A stretch of DNA of 64,000 nucleotides, from contig OZ360225.1 of assembly GCA_977017645.1 (NCBI GenBank), positions 2,108,001 to 2,172,000 on the forward strand, read 5' to 3'. This DNA comes from Torpedo marmorata (Eukaryota). Below, one piece after another: positions 38,841 to 52,548 of the stretch (its first letter is position 1; each line of letters starts with the position of its first letter). Both the position numbers and the translations under genes were made by a program. Below the pieces are notes generated by a model, which was not told the origin of the DNA, made no database searches, and saw only the letters and a program-made list of their open reading frames with translations.

Positions 38841-41405
38841 TAGTCTTTTGAGTTTTAGGGATTTGAGCGAGAGACTGTGAGACCCGGCTGCTTTAAATTG
38901 GTGGGCGGTATAAGCGGAGCGGCCATCGTGGGAGTGGCCATCATGTGAGTGGGCCAGAGTAGGAGAGGGGAGTTGAGGCTTTGGCTCAAGAGGGTTAGGC
39001 AAGCAGAGTCTGAGGTGAGTATCTGGTACGTTCTTTCTTTCCTAAGTGAGGGCATAGTTAGAGCATTTAAAATGACTCCTGAGACAGTGATGTGCCTCTC
39101 ATGTGAGATGTGGCAGTCCTGGGGGAACTCCCCTCTCCCAGAGAGGCACATTTGCCAGAAGTGTATGCAGATGGACGAACTGGAAGACCGTGTTAGGAAT
39201 CTAGAGCAGCAGCTGGAAGACCTTCGGCTCATAAGGGAGAAAGAAGCAGTCATAGATCAGAGCTACAGGGAGGTAGTCACACCTAGGCTGCCAGAAGCAG
39301 GTAGTTGGGTGACAGTCAGAGAGGGGAAAGTGAAGGTGAGCAGGCAGGTAGTACAGAGCACCCCTGTGGCCATTCCCCTGGATAATAAGTATATCGTCCT
39401 GGATACTGTTGGGGGGGATGACCTACCAGGAGGGAGCCACAGTGGAAGGGCCTCTGGCACTGAGCCTGGCCCTGTGGTGCAGAAGGGTGGGACAGAGAAG
39501 AGGAGAGCTGTAGTCATAGGGGACTCTATAGTTAGGGGGGCAGACAAGAGATTCTGTGGGCGTGTGAAAGACACCTGCATGGTATGTTGCCTCCAGGGTG
39601 CCAGGGTCCGGGATGTCTCTGATCGGGTCCAATGCATTCTGGTGTGAGAGGGAAAGCAGCCGGAAGTTGTGGTACATGTTGGTGCCAACAACATAGGTAG
39701 GAAAAGGGACGAGGTCCTGAAGAATGAGTTTAGGGAGCTAGGCAGAAGGCTGAAGAACAGGACCTTAAGGGTAGCATTCTCAGGATTGCTGCCAGTGCAA
39801 CGTGATAGTGACGGTAAGAATTGGAGGAGATGGCAGATGAATGTGTGGCTGAGGAGTTGGTGCAGGAGTCAGGGTTTTAGATTTTTGGATCATTGGGATC
39901 TCTTCTGGGGAAGGTGGGACCTGTACAGATGGGATGGCTTACACCTGAACTCGAGGGGGAGCAATATCCTTGCGGGCAGGTTTGCTAGTGTGGTTCGGGA
40001 GGGTTTAAACTAGTTTGCAAGGGGGATGGGACCCGGAGTGATAGGACAGTGGAAGAAGTGCATGAAGTAAAGCCAGATCTATCATTTAGAGAGGCTTTGA
40101 GGAAGCAGAAGCAGAATATAGGGTATAAAAGTAGTAAGGTAGAAGGGCTAAAGTGCATGTAGTTGAATGCAAGAAGCATCAGGAATAAGGGTGATGTACT
40201 GAGAGCTTGGATACATACATGGAACTATGATGTAGTGGCCATTACAGAGACCTGGCTGGCACCAGGGCAGGAATGGATTCTGAATATTCCTGGATTTCAG
40301 TGTTTTAAAAGGGATAGAGAGGGGAGGAGAAGGGGAGGAGGGGTGGCATTACTGGTCAGGGATACTATTACAGCTGCAGAATGGGTGGGTAATGTAGCAG
40401 GATCCTCTATTGAGTCAGTATGGGTGGAAGTTAGGAACAGGACGGGAGCAGTTACTCTATTGGGAGTATTCTATAGGCCCGCTGGTAGTCGCAGGGATAC
40501 CGAGGAGCAGATTTGAGGCAGATTTTGGAAAGGTGCAAAAATAACAGGGTTGGTATCATGGGTGACTTCAACTTCCCTAATATTGACTGGCACCTGCTTA
40601 GTACCAAAGGTTTAGACGGGGCAGAGTTTGTTAAGTGTGTCCAGGACGGATTCCTGTCACAGTATGTTGACAGGCCGACTAGGGGGAATGCCATATTAGA
40701 TCTAGTATTAGGTAATGAACCGGTCAGGTCACAGATCTCTCAGTGGGTGAACATTTGGGGGACAGTGACCACCGCTCCCTGGCCTTTAACATTGTCATGG
40801 ACAAGGATAGAGTCAGAGAGGACAGGAAAATATTTAATTGGGGAAGGGCAAATCATGAGGCTATAAGGCTAGAACTTGCGTGTGTGAATTGGGATGACAT
40901 TTTTGCAGGGAAATGTACTATGGAGATGTGGTCGATGTTTAGGGATCTCTTGCAGGTTGTTAGGGATAAATTTATCCCGGTGAGGCAGAGAAAGAATGGT
41001 CGGGTGAAGGAACCATGGTTGATAAGAGAGGTGGAAAATCTAGTCAGGTGGAAGAAGGCAGCATACATGAGGTTTAGGCAGCAAGGATCAGATAAGTCTC
41101 TTGAGGAATATTAGGTAGCAAGAAAGGAGCTTAAGAGGGGGTTGAGGAGAGCAAGAAGGGGACATGAGAAGGCCTTGGCGAGTAGGGTTAAGGAAAACTC
41201 CAAGGCATTCTTCACTTATGTGAAGAACAGAAGGATGACAGGAGTGAAGGTAGGACCGATTAGAGATAAGGGTGGGAAGATGTGCCTGGAGGCTGTGGAA
41301 GTGGGTGAGGTCCTCAATGAATACTTCTCTTCAGTATTCACCAAGGAGAGGCTCCTTGATGACGGTGAGGACAATATGGTGGGGGGGGGGTTTAATGTTC
41401 TAGAG

Positions 41406-41780
41406 CAGTGGTTTTCAAACTGCCCCCCTAAACTCACATTCCACCTTAAGCAATCCCTATGCCATAAGTGCTCTGTGATTGGTAAGGGATTGCTTAAGGT
41501 GGTATGTGAGTGGGAAGAAAAAGTTTGAAAATCACTGTTTTAATCGTACCTAATTGACTCGTTAAGTGCACGGTTTCATAACTCCAAAGGAAATGGGCCA
41601 ATGACAATTTTTCTCAAGCAAAATATTTCAGTAACAATTGGGTCTAGAGCAGTGGTTCTCAACCTTCCCTTCCCACTCACATACCACCTTAAGTAATCCC
41701 TTACTAATCACAGAGCACTTATGGCATAGGGATTGCTTAAGGTGGAATGTGAGTTAAGAGGGGCAGTTTTAAAACCATTG
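41406..41780. mobile_element. hAT composite MITE (third copy)
   Basis: Perfect 8-bp TSD ttctagag (41398-41405, 41781-41788). Confidence 0.9.
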
Positions 41781-43524
41781 TTCTAGAGCATGTTGATATT
41801 AAGAGAGAGGATGTGTTGGAGCAGTTATATTCCCCAGGCTGCTCCATGAGGCGAGGGAGGAAATTGCTGAGGCTCTGGCTAGGATCTTTGTGTCCTCGTT
41901 ATCCACGGGAATAGTACCGGAGGATTAGAGGGTGGAAAATGTTGTCCCCTTGTTCAAAAAAGGTAGTAGGGAAAGTCCAGGTAATTATAGACCAGTAAGC
42001 ATTACGTCTGTGGTGGGCAAGCTGTTGGAGAGGATTCTTACAGATAGGATCTATGGGCATTTTGAGAATCATGGTCTGATCAGGGACAGACAGCATGGCT
42101 TTGTGAAGGGCAGATCATGTCTCACAAGCCTGATAGAGTTCTTTGAGGAGGTGACCAGACATATTGATGAGGGTAGTGCGGTGGATGTGGTTTACATGGA
42201 TTTTAGGCATTTGACAAGGTTCCACATGGTAGGCTTATTCAGAAAGTCAGAAGGCATGGGATCCAGGGAAACTTGGCCATGTGGATTCAGAATTGGCTTG
42301 CCTGTAGAAAGCAGAGGGTTGTGGTAGGGGGAGTACATTCGGATTGGAGGGCTGTGACTAGTGGTGTTCCACAAGGATCGGTTCTGGGACCTCTGCTTTT
42401 CGTGATTTTTATTAACGACTTGGATGAGGGGGTAGAAGGGTGGGTTGGCAAGTTTGCAGACGACACAAAGGTTGGTGGTGTTGTGGATAGTGTATTGGAG
42501 TGTAGAAGATTGCAGAGGGACATTGATAGGATGCAGAGCTGAGCTGAGAAGTGGCAGATGGAGTTCAATCCGGAGAAGTGTGAGGTGGTACATTTTGGAA
42601 GGACAAACTCCAAGGCAGAGTACAAAGTTAATGGCGGGATTCTTGGTATTGTGGAAGAGCAGAGGGATCTAGGGGTCAATGTCCACAGTTTCCTGAAAGT
42701 AGACAGGGTAGTTGCAGGGGTTAAAATCACTTGTATAGCCAGGGCTGCCAGTCCCGCCGTTTGTTTTGCATTCCTTTGAATGTTTCTGTGGTTGCGGCCT
42801 GTGAGACCAAGGTCTCTTTCTGTGTGCTTTCGAGATAATACAGGCAGTTTTGAATTGTCCTGAGTTCTGCGAAGATGGAGGTTCTTAGAATAGAGCTGAA
42901 ACTCTATTGACCGCATCAAGTATCGCAACAAGTATTGCTTCAAGTAACGTTTCAAGTAATGTATTAAGTATCTATTAAGCATCATGTTGATCGTGTATCA
43001 AAGTTGATAAGTAACCTTGGAAAACTCTATTCGACTTTGTCATGAATCTTTCTCGAAAAGCGAGTCATAAACAAGGAAATTACAGGCTCTCCAGGCGACT
43101 ATATAGGAAGATAGTCACTACATCTTAGTCAATAGAAAGGTTGTTATTGACTCGTTAGTCAATAGAAGACGGATCTTCAAGCAAGACTCGTAAGTCAAAG
43201 AAACCTGGACTATTGACTTGTTAGTCAATAGAAGGATGTATCTGAAGACATAGAAAGTTGGAAATCGAATTTGGAAGAAGACTGGATTGATTGGGCTCTG
43301 TAACAGAATCAGCTCGGCACAGACACAACAATCAAATCCATTGTTTGAAGCGGTAAGCCTTCTGTGTTTATTAAGGATTAGAACACGGTTTGGGGCATTG
43401 GAGCCGCTTGTCCGATGGATTGTTTTGGTTTTGGAAAAATTGTTGTGCATGTTTGATATATGAGTGTGACGAACGACCCGATGGAGGAGACAGCAGCTTT
43501 GGCTGCCAAGAAACTGTCGAGGAC

Positions 43525-43620
43525 ATGAAAGTAACAGAGCTTATTGAAGAATTACAAAGGTGACAATTAAATACAAACGGAAACAAGGCAGATCTACAAG
43601 CAAGACTGAGGGAGGATATA
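43525..43620 (+). pseudogene. SAP domain at the BEL-1 Gag N-terminus
   Basis: MKVTELIEELQR*QLNTNGNKADLQARLREDI fits the SAP pattern LKVxELKxELxxRGLxxxGxKxxLxxRL. Confidence 0.8.
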
Positions 43621-44902
43621 AATAAAGTTTCAGTTGCTGGGGATATGAATCCCACAGAATTACTGCCAGAAATATTAAGAGCAGCTAAGATCAGTCACGA
43701 GATAGTGGCTGAAGTTTTATCACAAGATGGCGGTGTGAAAGGTGAAAAATCTAAGATGGAGACATTGGTAGATTGAAGCATCGTCTGAAGTACAGGACCT
43801 AATAGGACCTAATGATAGTGTCTCAAATGCTGGTAGCATGAAAAGTAAGAGGAGTTCTAGAGCAGGCTCCAGAGTTTCAAGTACTGAATCTTTGCACAGA
43901 AAGATTCACGCAGACGCAGCAGTTCTTAAAGTAGACAGACATTACTTCAGATTGAATTGAACTTAGAAGATAAGGAGGAGCAGATAAGACTGACACAGGT
44001 GCGGCGATGACAAGAAGAGGAGCAAGAGGAAATGCAGCGATGAAGAGAAAAAGAGCTACAGGAGGAACAGCTATGAATGAAGGAAAAGGAGCTAAAAAGG
44101 CAAAATAAGCAACTGGAACTGGACAGAAAAATTGCTGTTAATGGGGCAAGGTCACAGGCACTAGAAAGTTCAGTGGTATCTGGTGCTCGAAGTAAATTAT
44201 GGAAAACATCAAGTTTTGATGAAGGACTTCAGGAAAAGAAACTATTAGATACCAAAGCTGAGGCAGCATTAGAACTACAACATTGGCTTCGTCTTGAATT
44301 AAACAGGTCTAGGTACAAAGCTGAGCCAGTGACAGAACAACAAGAAACGCTTGGGCCAGGACTAAGCGGGTTAACACTCGGTGCTGGGCTAGTGTTACAC
44401 CCACAATATGGACAGTCTTGAAGCAAGCAGAGCAAGGGATGAGCGAGCGCCACGGATGCGAGATGTGCGGATGCGAGATGTGCAAAATCCCGAATTAACC
44501 AAGGAGCTAGATATCGAAACCCAATGATGGCCGCAATGGACCAAGATGGGAGCCAAATGCCATCTCTTACAGAGTCATACCAGGTGCTCCCGGCAAGAAT
44601 GAGAAATCCGGGTGGACAAAGTAACGTAAACCTAGGCATGACAAAACAGGATGAAATGGCTGCATTGTTAATTCAGTTGCAGACACTCTCTTCTCTGCCC
44701 AAGATAAAAATTCCAATTTTTGATGGTGACCCACTTCAATTCCAAGGGTTTATGAAAAGTTTTGAACGTGGCATTGAAATTAAAAGTCACAGCTCGGACG
44801 ATTGTTTAGAGTATTTGCTTCAGTTCACGAGTGGACGACCGTGAGAACTTGTAAAGAGTTGCCAGCATATGACTCCAAATCAAGGGTACAAAAGGGCTAA
44901 GT

Positions 44903-45173
44903 AGTAAACACGAAAATCTGTAGACACCGTAATAATGTAGTAAAAAACACAAATGCTGGAGAACTCAGCAGGTCAAACAGTGTCTTTTATGTAGCAAAGG
45001 TAGAAATACATAACTGACGTTTCAGGCTTGAGCCCTTCTTCAAAGTATGAGAAAATGCCGGCAGACGTCCGAACAAAGGAGTGAGGGGGGAAGGGTGGGT
45101 GGGAAAGGCAGAAGATAATAGGTGGAGACAGGAGGGAGGGGACAGTAGCAAAGAGGGGGAGGAGGGATGGCTG
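44903..45173 (-). mobile_element. Penelope pLTR fragment in BEL gag
   Basis: Near-identical to 9636-9830 and to the reverse complement of 9970-10200. Confidence 0.85.
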
Positions 45174-45261
45174 GTTATTAGAGGAACATTTTGGTGACAA
45201 GTATAGAATTGCTAGAGCTTATATAAAGAAGGCTCTTTCATGGTCGTCAATAAGACCAGAG

Positions 45262-48200
45262 TACTGGGGTAATTATACCAGTATTGTATTCATTGGGTTT
45301 TTGTTTCTTTTCTATTTTCTTGTTTTTTCTTTTTCCTTTTAAGGAGCTGTCAAATAGACTACGATTCTGGAGGAAGGTGCTGGTGGATTTGATGGAGAGA
45401 GATTTAATAAAATTTAGTAATGATGGATAGTAAAATAATAAATGTAGTAAGTATTAATATAAATGGGCTAAATAATCCGATTAAAAGGAAAATAACTTTA
45501 GCGCATATTAAAAAGTTAAATGTAGACATAGCTTTTTTACAAGAGACACATTTGACAGATTTGGAACATCAGAAGTTAAAAAGAGAATGGGTTGGTCAAG
45601 TGGTTGCTTCTTCATTTAATTCTAAAGCAAGAGGAGTAGCCATATTAATTAATAAAAAGTTACCTTTTAAAATACAATCTGTGGTTTTAGATGTGGTAGG
45701 TAGATATGTTTTAATACATTGTCAGATATATTCGGAATTGTGGACACTTATGAATATATATGTACCAAATGCAGATGATGAACAATTTATTCAAGATTCT
45801 TTTTTGCATTTGTCAGAAGCTAATGATAATATTTTAATTGGTGGGGATTTTAACTGTTGTTTAGATCCGATAATGGATAAAAAATCAAGATCAGTTGCTA
45901 AATCTAAAATTTCCAAAAGAGTTCTTACTTTGATGAAACACTTAAATTTAATAGATATTTGGAGAAAATTGAATCCTAGAGAAAAAGATTACTCTTTTTA
46001 TTCTTTTAGACATGATTCATATTCTAGGATAGATTTGTTTTTATTGACTTCACAAGTTCAAGATAGAATAACACAAGCATCGTATAAAGTGAGAATAATT
46101 TCTGATCATTCGCTTTTATTAATGTCTTGTATAATTCCAGAAAAAGAAAAAACTATATATAGGTGGAGATTTAATTCTTCTTTATTAAAAAGAATGGATT
46201 TTTGTGATTATATAAGAAGGGAAATTCAGGAATTTTTACAAATAAATTCTAATTCAACTGATAACATAAACCTGATAATGTCGGATTAAATTTCTTTAAT
46301 TTTTTTGGTGTTAAATATAATTGATGAAAAAAATTGTATTGTACTAATCTATATCTAACATTAATAATCTTCGTCATACTTAATTTATATAATTCTTTAC
46401 AATGATTTTCATCTATTGTTACGTTCAAATCTAATTCCCATTTTAATCTTAATCTTAATTTATGAATTCCTACTGTAGGAGTTTTCCTCTGAAACAATTT
46501 ATACATTTGAGAAATAAATTTATTTACATCTAATTCATTCTGTCTTTGTAAGATCAAACTATAACCTAATTTCTCAATCAAAAATGCTGTAATAATATAA
46601 GAGAAGATTTCAAAGAAGAAGTTATTTATAAATGGAATTCTAACTTAATATCAACAAGAAGGAAGAACTCTCCTATTTTTAAACATTTGTTAGAAATATG
46701 GAATAGAGTGGATAGGGAAATAGGAGGAAAAGGGTTGATTTCTCCAAAAATGCCTCCATATCAAAATGAACTTATTCCATGTACTGTCGATAATCAATTA
46801 TTTAAAATTTGGTTTCAAAAAGGAATTAAGAAAATAAATGACTGTTTTGAAGCTGGTAAATTTATTACTTTTCAAAGAATGAAAGATAAGTTTAATATAT
46901 TGGATAATACACTTTTTTGCTTATTATCAAATTAGAGCATTTTTAGTTGGGATATTAGGTTATAATTTGATTCTACCAAGACAGAGTGAGTTAGAATTAT
47001 TAGTTACTAACGGGGGTGTAAATAAATTTATTTCCCAAATGTACAGATTGTTTCAGAGAAAAATCCCTAAAGTAGGAATTCATAAATCAAGATTAAAATG
47101 GGAATTATATTTGAATGTAACAATAGATGAAGATCATTGGAAAGAACTATGTAAATTAAGTATGACGAAGATTATTAATGTTAGATATAGATTAGTTCAA
47201 TATAATTTTTTTCATCAATTATATTTAACACCTAAAAGTTAAAGAAATTTAACGTGACATTATCAGGTTTATGTTTTAGATGTAATAGAGAGATAGGTTC
47301 TTTTGTACATTCTACATGGGTCTGTCCAAAAGTTTATGATTTTTGGTTGAAAGTTAAAAAGTGTTTAGATAAAGTATTTAAGATTATATTTCCGATGGAT
47401 CCTATGATATTTTTGTTTGGAGATATTAAAAGAGTTAGTATTAAGATGAAATTAAATATAATTTAAAGATTTATTGATACCTTTATATATGGAGGTATTG
47501 AATCAAGTTACTGAAACTCATTTATTACCAAAGACATTTTTAAATGCTATAATTACGGTTATACCAAAGAAGGATAGAGATGTGTTGAAAACTGAGTCTT
47601 ATAGGCCTATTTCATTATTAAATGTTGATTATAAAATAATGGCAAAAATTTTAGCGAATAGATTAGCTAAGTATTTACCAAATTTAATTCATTCAGATCA
47701 AGCTGGATTTATTAAAAATAGATATTCGAAAGATAATATAGCTAGATTGATAAGTTTGATTAATATAAATAAGAAGAAACAAGATTTACCATTGGTGGTA
47801 ACATTAGATGCAGAAAAGGCATTTGATAGAGTAGAGTGGAATTTTTTATTTAAAGTTTTGGAAAAATTTGGATTCGGAGATAATTTTATAAATTGGATTA
47901 AAACTATATATAAGGAACCTACGGCTAAAGTAGTTACAAATGGACAAATATCACAAAAATTTTTGTTATCAAGATCAACACGACAGGGATGTCCTTTGTC
48001 ACCTGCTTTGTTTGTCTTGGTAATAGAACCTTTAGCAGAAATGATTAGAGAAGATATAAATATAATGGGAATAAAAGTAGGTAGGGAAGAACATAAGATT
48101 AGTTTGTTTGCAGATGATGTATTAATATATATGACGAAATCTGTTAAATCACTTCAACAATTGGCCAATATATTGACAGAATATGGTGAGATATCAGGAT

Positions 48201-50591
48201 ATAAAATTAATTCAGATAAAAGTGAGATTTTAGCTTTATCCCAAGGGGATTATACTAGATGCAAAGAAGTTACAGATTTTAAATGGACTTTAGAGAGTAT
48301 TAAATATTTGGGAGTCAAAATTGATACAAAATTAGAGAATTTGTATAAATTAAATTATATTCCTTTATTTATGAAAATAAAAAAAGATTTAGAGCTTTGG
48401 AAAGATTTACCTATAACTTTGATGGGAAGAGTAAATTGTATTAAAATGAATGTTTTTCCAAGAATTCAATATCTTTTTCAATCGATTCCTTATGGTATTC
48501 CAAATAAATTTTTTAAAGATTTAAAATTTATTATTAGGAAATTTTTATGGAAAGGAAAGTTGGCAAGAGTAAGTATAGATAAATTAACATGGAATTATGA
48601 GATGGGAGGGTTACAACTTCCTAATTTTCAGTATTATTATAAAGTGGCTCAATTAAAATTTATTAATGAATTCTTTGATTTAAATAAATCTTCTGCTTGG
48701 ATTAATATAGAATTGAATAATATGGGAGAAATACATAAAGAAGATATTATTTATAAATGGAATTCTAAATTATTATTACTTAAAAAGAAAAATACACCAA
48801 TTATTAAACATTTGTTGGAAATCTGGTCACAAGTAGACAAAGAGATAGGTCAAAAAGGATTAATTTCTTTAAATACACCAATATATCAGAATCCGCTTTT
48901 ACCATTTTCTATGGATAATCAGTTACTTAAGTTATGGTTTTTAAAGGGAATTAAGACTTTAAAAGATTGTTTTGAAGCAGGTAGATTTATTACTTTCCAG
49001 AGGTTAAAAGAAAAATTTAATATATTGGATAATACAATGTTAGTTTATTTTGAAGTTAAAGCTTTTTTGATTGAGAGATTAGGGAATGAATTAATAGCAC
49101 CAAGGCAAAATGAATTGGAATTATTAATTACTAAAGTCAATGTTAATAAATTTATATCACAAATGTATAAGTTGTTTCAAAGAAAGATGTCTAAAGTAGG
49201 AGTGCATAAGTCTAGATTGAAATGGGAATTAGATTTGAATGTTAATATAGATGAAAATCATTGGAAAGATTTATGTAAATTAAGTATGACAAAAGTTATT
49301 AATGTGAGATATAGCTTAGTACAATATAATTTTTTTCATCAATTGTATTTGACACCTAAAAAATTAAAAAAATTTAATCCAGCGTTATCAGATATGTGTT
49401 TTAGATGTAAAACTGAAATAGGAACTTTTGTACATTGTACATGGTCATGTTCAAAAATTCAAGATTTTTGGTTGAAAGTTAAGAATTTTTTAGAAAGAAT
49501 TTTTAATGTTGAAATTGCAATGGATCCTATGTTATTTTTATTTGGAGATATTAAAAAATTTAGTATTAGACATAGATTAAATATGTATCAAGTAGAATTT
49601 TTACGTATAGTATTAGCAGTTTCGAAAAAATGTATAGCTATTACTTGGAAATCGGATGTTGATTTAAATTTAGAGCGATGGCATGCAGAGTTACGGTCAT
49701 GTATACCATTAGAAAAAATTACTTATAATTTACGAAATAAATATCATTTCTTTTTGAAAATTTGGGGCCCATACATGAGGATTATGGGTTTAACATTGTA
49801 AATTCTCTGGATATCAGATCCGCTGGCGAAATAACCTCTAAGATATATTAGTTTTTAAGCTTATTGACTCCTCACTCTATTTTTCTATTTTTCTATCTTT
49901 TCTTTTCTTTTTTCTTTTATTATTTTATTTTATTTTAAATTTAGACTAGGGGGATATAGGGGTTAGGGAGGGGAGGGTGGGAAGGATGGGGGAGAAAATG
50001 TAATCACATGTAATTTTTAAAGAATTATATGCAAAATTATATTATGTAATGTGTGATTAAAAATTTAAATAAAATATTAAAAAAAAAAAAAAAAGATGAA
50101 ATTAAATATGTATCAAATAGAATTTTTGCGAATTGCTTCAGCTGTTTCTAAGAAATGTATTGCTATTACTTGGAAATCTGATGTAGATTTAGGGTTAGAA
50201 AGATGGCATGCAGAACTTCGTTCTTGTATACCACTTGAAAAAATTACTTATAATTTACGTAATAAATATAATTTCTTTTGAAAATATGGAGTCCTTATAT
50301 GAAGGTTGTTGGTTTAAGGATTTGAAGATCTCTGGACATTGGATCTGACTGGCGAACCTATCCTCCATAATAAAATTAGTTATTGATGTATTTTTTAGAT
50401 TGACGTTCTCCTAATACTATCTTTTTCCTTCTTTCTTTCTTTTTATTTTTATTAGATTAGAAGGGGTCGGAGGGTTAGGGAGGGGAGGGAGGCAGGAGGG
50501 GTGAAAATGTATCACATGTATTTTGACAATTTTATATTTTATCTTATGTATTTTGTGATTTAAAATTTTAAATAAAATATTTTTAAAAAAA
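45262..50591 (+). mobile_element. Rearranged L1 (spacer plus ORF2 endonuclease, templated patch, 3' end)
   Basis: APE ORF 45420-46289 (NINGLN, LQETH, GGDFN, SDH); 3' part 46594-47459 plus 50093-50591; TSD aataagaccagag/aataagacagag. Confidence 0.85.
47460..50092 (+). mobile_element. L1 (second subfamily) nested in L1, with uninterrupted 775-aa RT/C-terminal frame
   Basis: ORF 47474-49801; poly(A); 17-bp TSD aagatgaaattaaatat (47443-47459, 50093-50109). Confidence 0.93.
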
Positions 50592-52230
50592 AATAAGACA
50601 GAGGACACCAATGGTTTACAAGCTTACGCTCTATTTCGAAGAGGATGTTGCAACGTCACGACAGAGATTAGCCATCTTGGAGAGCTGGACATGCCTCTAA
50701 ATATGGTAAGCATTGTAGATAAATTACCCAACCGGATGAGAGAATTATGGTGAAGACAAGAAAATTCCATGTGACAGCTAACTTTAAGGATTTGGTGAAT
50801 TTCATTGAAGAACAAGTGGATGTTGTTACAGATCTGGTGTATGGAATTAAAGATACTCAAACAATGAGTAAAGAAGTTGAAAAGTCCAAATCGTATCCTC
50901 AACCAAAATTGAAGACAAATACATTTGCCTCCTCTCTGACAGTGGTGGATAAAGAAATTAAGAAAAACAAAAGTTTGCCTGATGAGAAAATGTTTTTATT
51001 ATGTAATGATAAACATGATTTGGAAAAATGTGCACAGATGGAAAAGAAGATGCATAGTGAGAGAATCGTTTTCTTGAAGGAAAATGGTGTGTTTTGGCTG
51101 TCTGTGTAAAGCATACATTGGCAAAGACTGCAAAAAGCGACTCAGCTGCGATATATGTAATCGAAGGCATCCAAAAATGCTACACGTCTTCAAAGAAAAG
51201 AAGGATACAGAAAAGGAACAAACATCGATAAAAGAAACAGATGAAAACAGTGCTGAAGCTTCAGGACCGACAAGTGGGCTTACTGGGGCCACTGCAGATA
51301 GCTGTAAACTCTCGCTAGTACCTGTACAAGTCCAGGCTAAGGATGGGAATGCATCAGTACATACTTATGCATTTCTTTACCCAGGAAGCACTGCATCATT
51401 TAGCACTGAGGGGGTTATGAAAAGGCTTAATCTTGAAGGAAAAAATACAAAGATTCTATTGAAAACCATTGGACAAAGAAAGGTCGTTGAAACTAACATT
51501 TTTTCAGTATTAAAGGTTGCTGGAAAACAGAGTGATGATTTTTGTGAACTTCCAGACATATATACACAGAAGACCATGCCTGTGCATAAAGGAAACATCC
51601 CACATCAAAGTGATGTGCTTCAGTGGAAATATCTGAGAAAGGTTTATATACCGGGAGCTCATAACTCTGAGATAGAAATGCTAATTGGTTTGAATGTACC
51701 AAAGGCTGTGGAACCAATAGAAGTAATCCCTAGTGAAGGAGATGGACCTTACGCTATTAAAACAATGCTTGGATTGACAGTGAATGGACCATTAGAAAGA
51801 AAGAATGATATTGCTCAGAAGCAGTCAACAACAAATGTCAATACAATATCTGTTGTGAAACTCAAGGAACCTTTAGAAGAATACAAACAGTTCTTAGAAA
51901 GTCTTACTGATGAAAATAAATCAAGAGCATCTAAATCAGTGAAGAAGAAATTGTTTTCATCAAAAATGGATGAAAATGAAGCATTAGAAGATGCTGCAAA
52001 TACTGCTGGTGATTAATCCTGTGAAGCTAAATCAAAGGCAGGAATAAAACAAATATCTGGAAACAAATCTGACAATATGGTACAACTGACTTCAGAGTAC
52101 AAAATGTTGAAAAATAACTTAGAAATATTGGATGGTCCAGAAAACAGTGACCAAAAGGATTTTAACTTTGTACTTGGAAACAAAACTGGATCTGATGATT
52201 CTTCAGTTTTGAAAGTAACCAAAAAGAGAA

Positions 52231-52477
52231 GCAGTTGACAAGAATGAAGAATTAATTGCAAATAGAATTTGTAAAACCAAGAGGAAGAAAAGAATAACTG
52301 CTGAAGAAATGAATACAGTTATTGAAGAAAGGGATTCAGCATTGTCAAGATGTAAAAAATTGGAGGAAGAGATTCATTTCTTGAAAGAGAACGTCATTGT
52401 TTAATGACACCAGACAACTGACTATGGAAAACAATGAAGAATGTACCTTGAAGATGCAAAAGGAAAGAAATAGTACA
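52231..52477 (+). pseudogene. MIPOL1: MIPOL1-like coiled-coil coding fragment inside BEL-1
   Basis: AVDKNEELIANRICKTKRKKRITAEEMNTVIEERDSALSRCKKLEEEIHFLKE, then after a frameshift NDTRQLTMENNEECTLKMQKER; resembles recalled MIPOL1 sequence RIYKTKE...RITAEEMSALIEERDAALSKCKRLEQELHHVKE...NNMRHLTAENNQERALK (from memory, not searched). Confidence 0.7.
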
Positions 52478-52548
52478 TTCTTGAAGACCCATTTGATAAA
52501 TACAGAGAAAGAATTTAATAAAAAACTTCAAGATAAATAATCAAGAAG

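Larger units (their letters stand above)
38662..42712 (+). mobile_element. Near full-length CR1 LINE (resumes 57553-57605)
   Basis: ORF1 zinc finger/leucine zipper plus SGNH esterase (VIGDSIVRG, VHVGANN, DGLHLN); ORF2 APE (NARSI, ITETWL, MGDFN) and RT ([24 protein letters not shown]). Confidence 0.92.
44524..51880 (+). pseudogene. BEL/Pao Gag and aspartic protease, interrupted
   Basis: Segments 44524-44900, 45174-45261 (LLEEHFGDKYRIARAYIKKALSW) and 50592-51880 (CFGCL...C, CDICNRRHPKMLH, TYAFLYPGSTASF). Confidence 0.88.

Noticed and set aside
42287-42985. 232-aa minus-strand ORF with Y-L-x-x periodicity (also 55320-55634)
   Set aside because: Antisense read-through of the BEL LTR's roughly 12-bp caagta repeats fused to antisense CR1; a junction artefact.
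43123-43240. Spaced palindromic repeats as a CRISPR array
   Set aside because: Eukaryotic retrotransposon leader, only 2-3 good copies, spacers homologous between the two elements, no cas genes.
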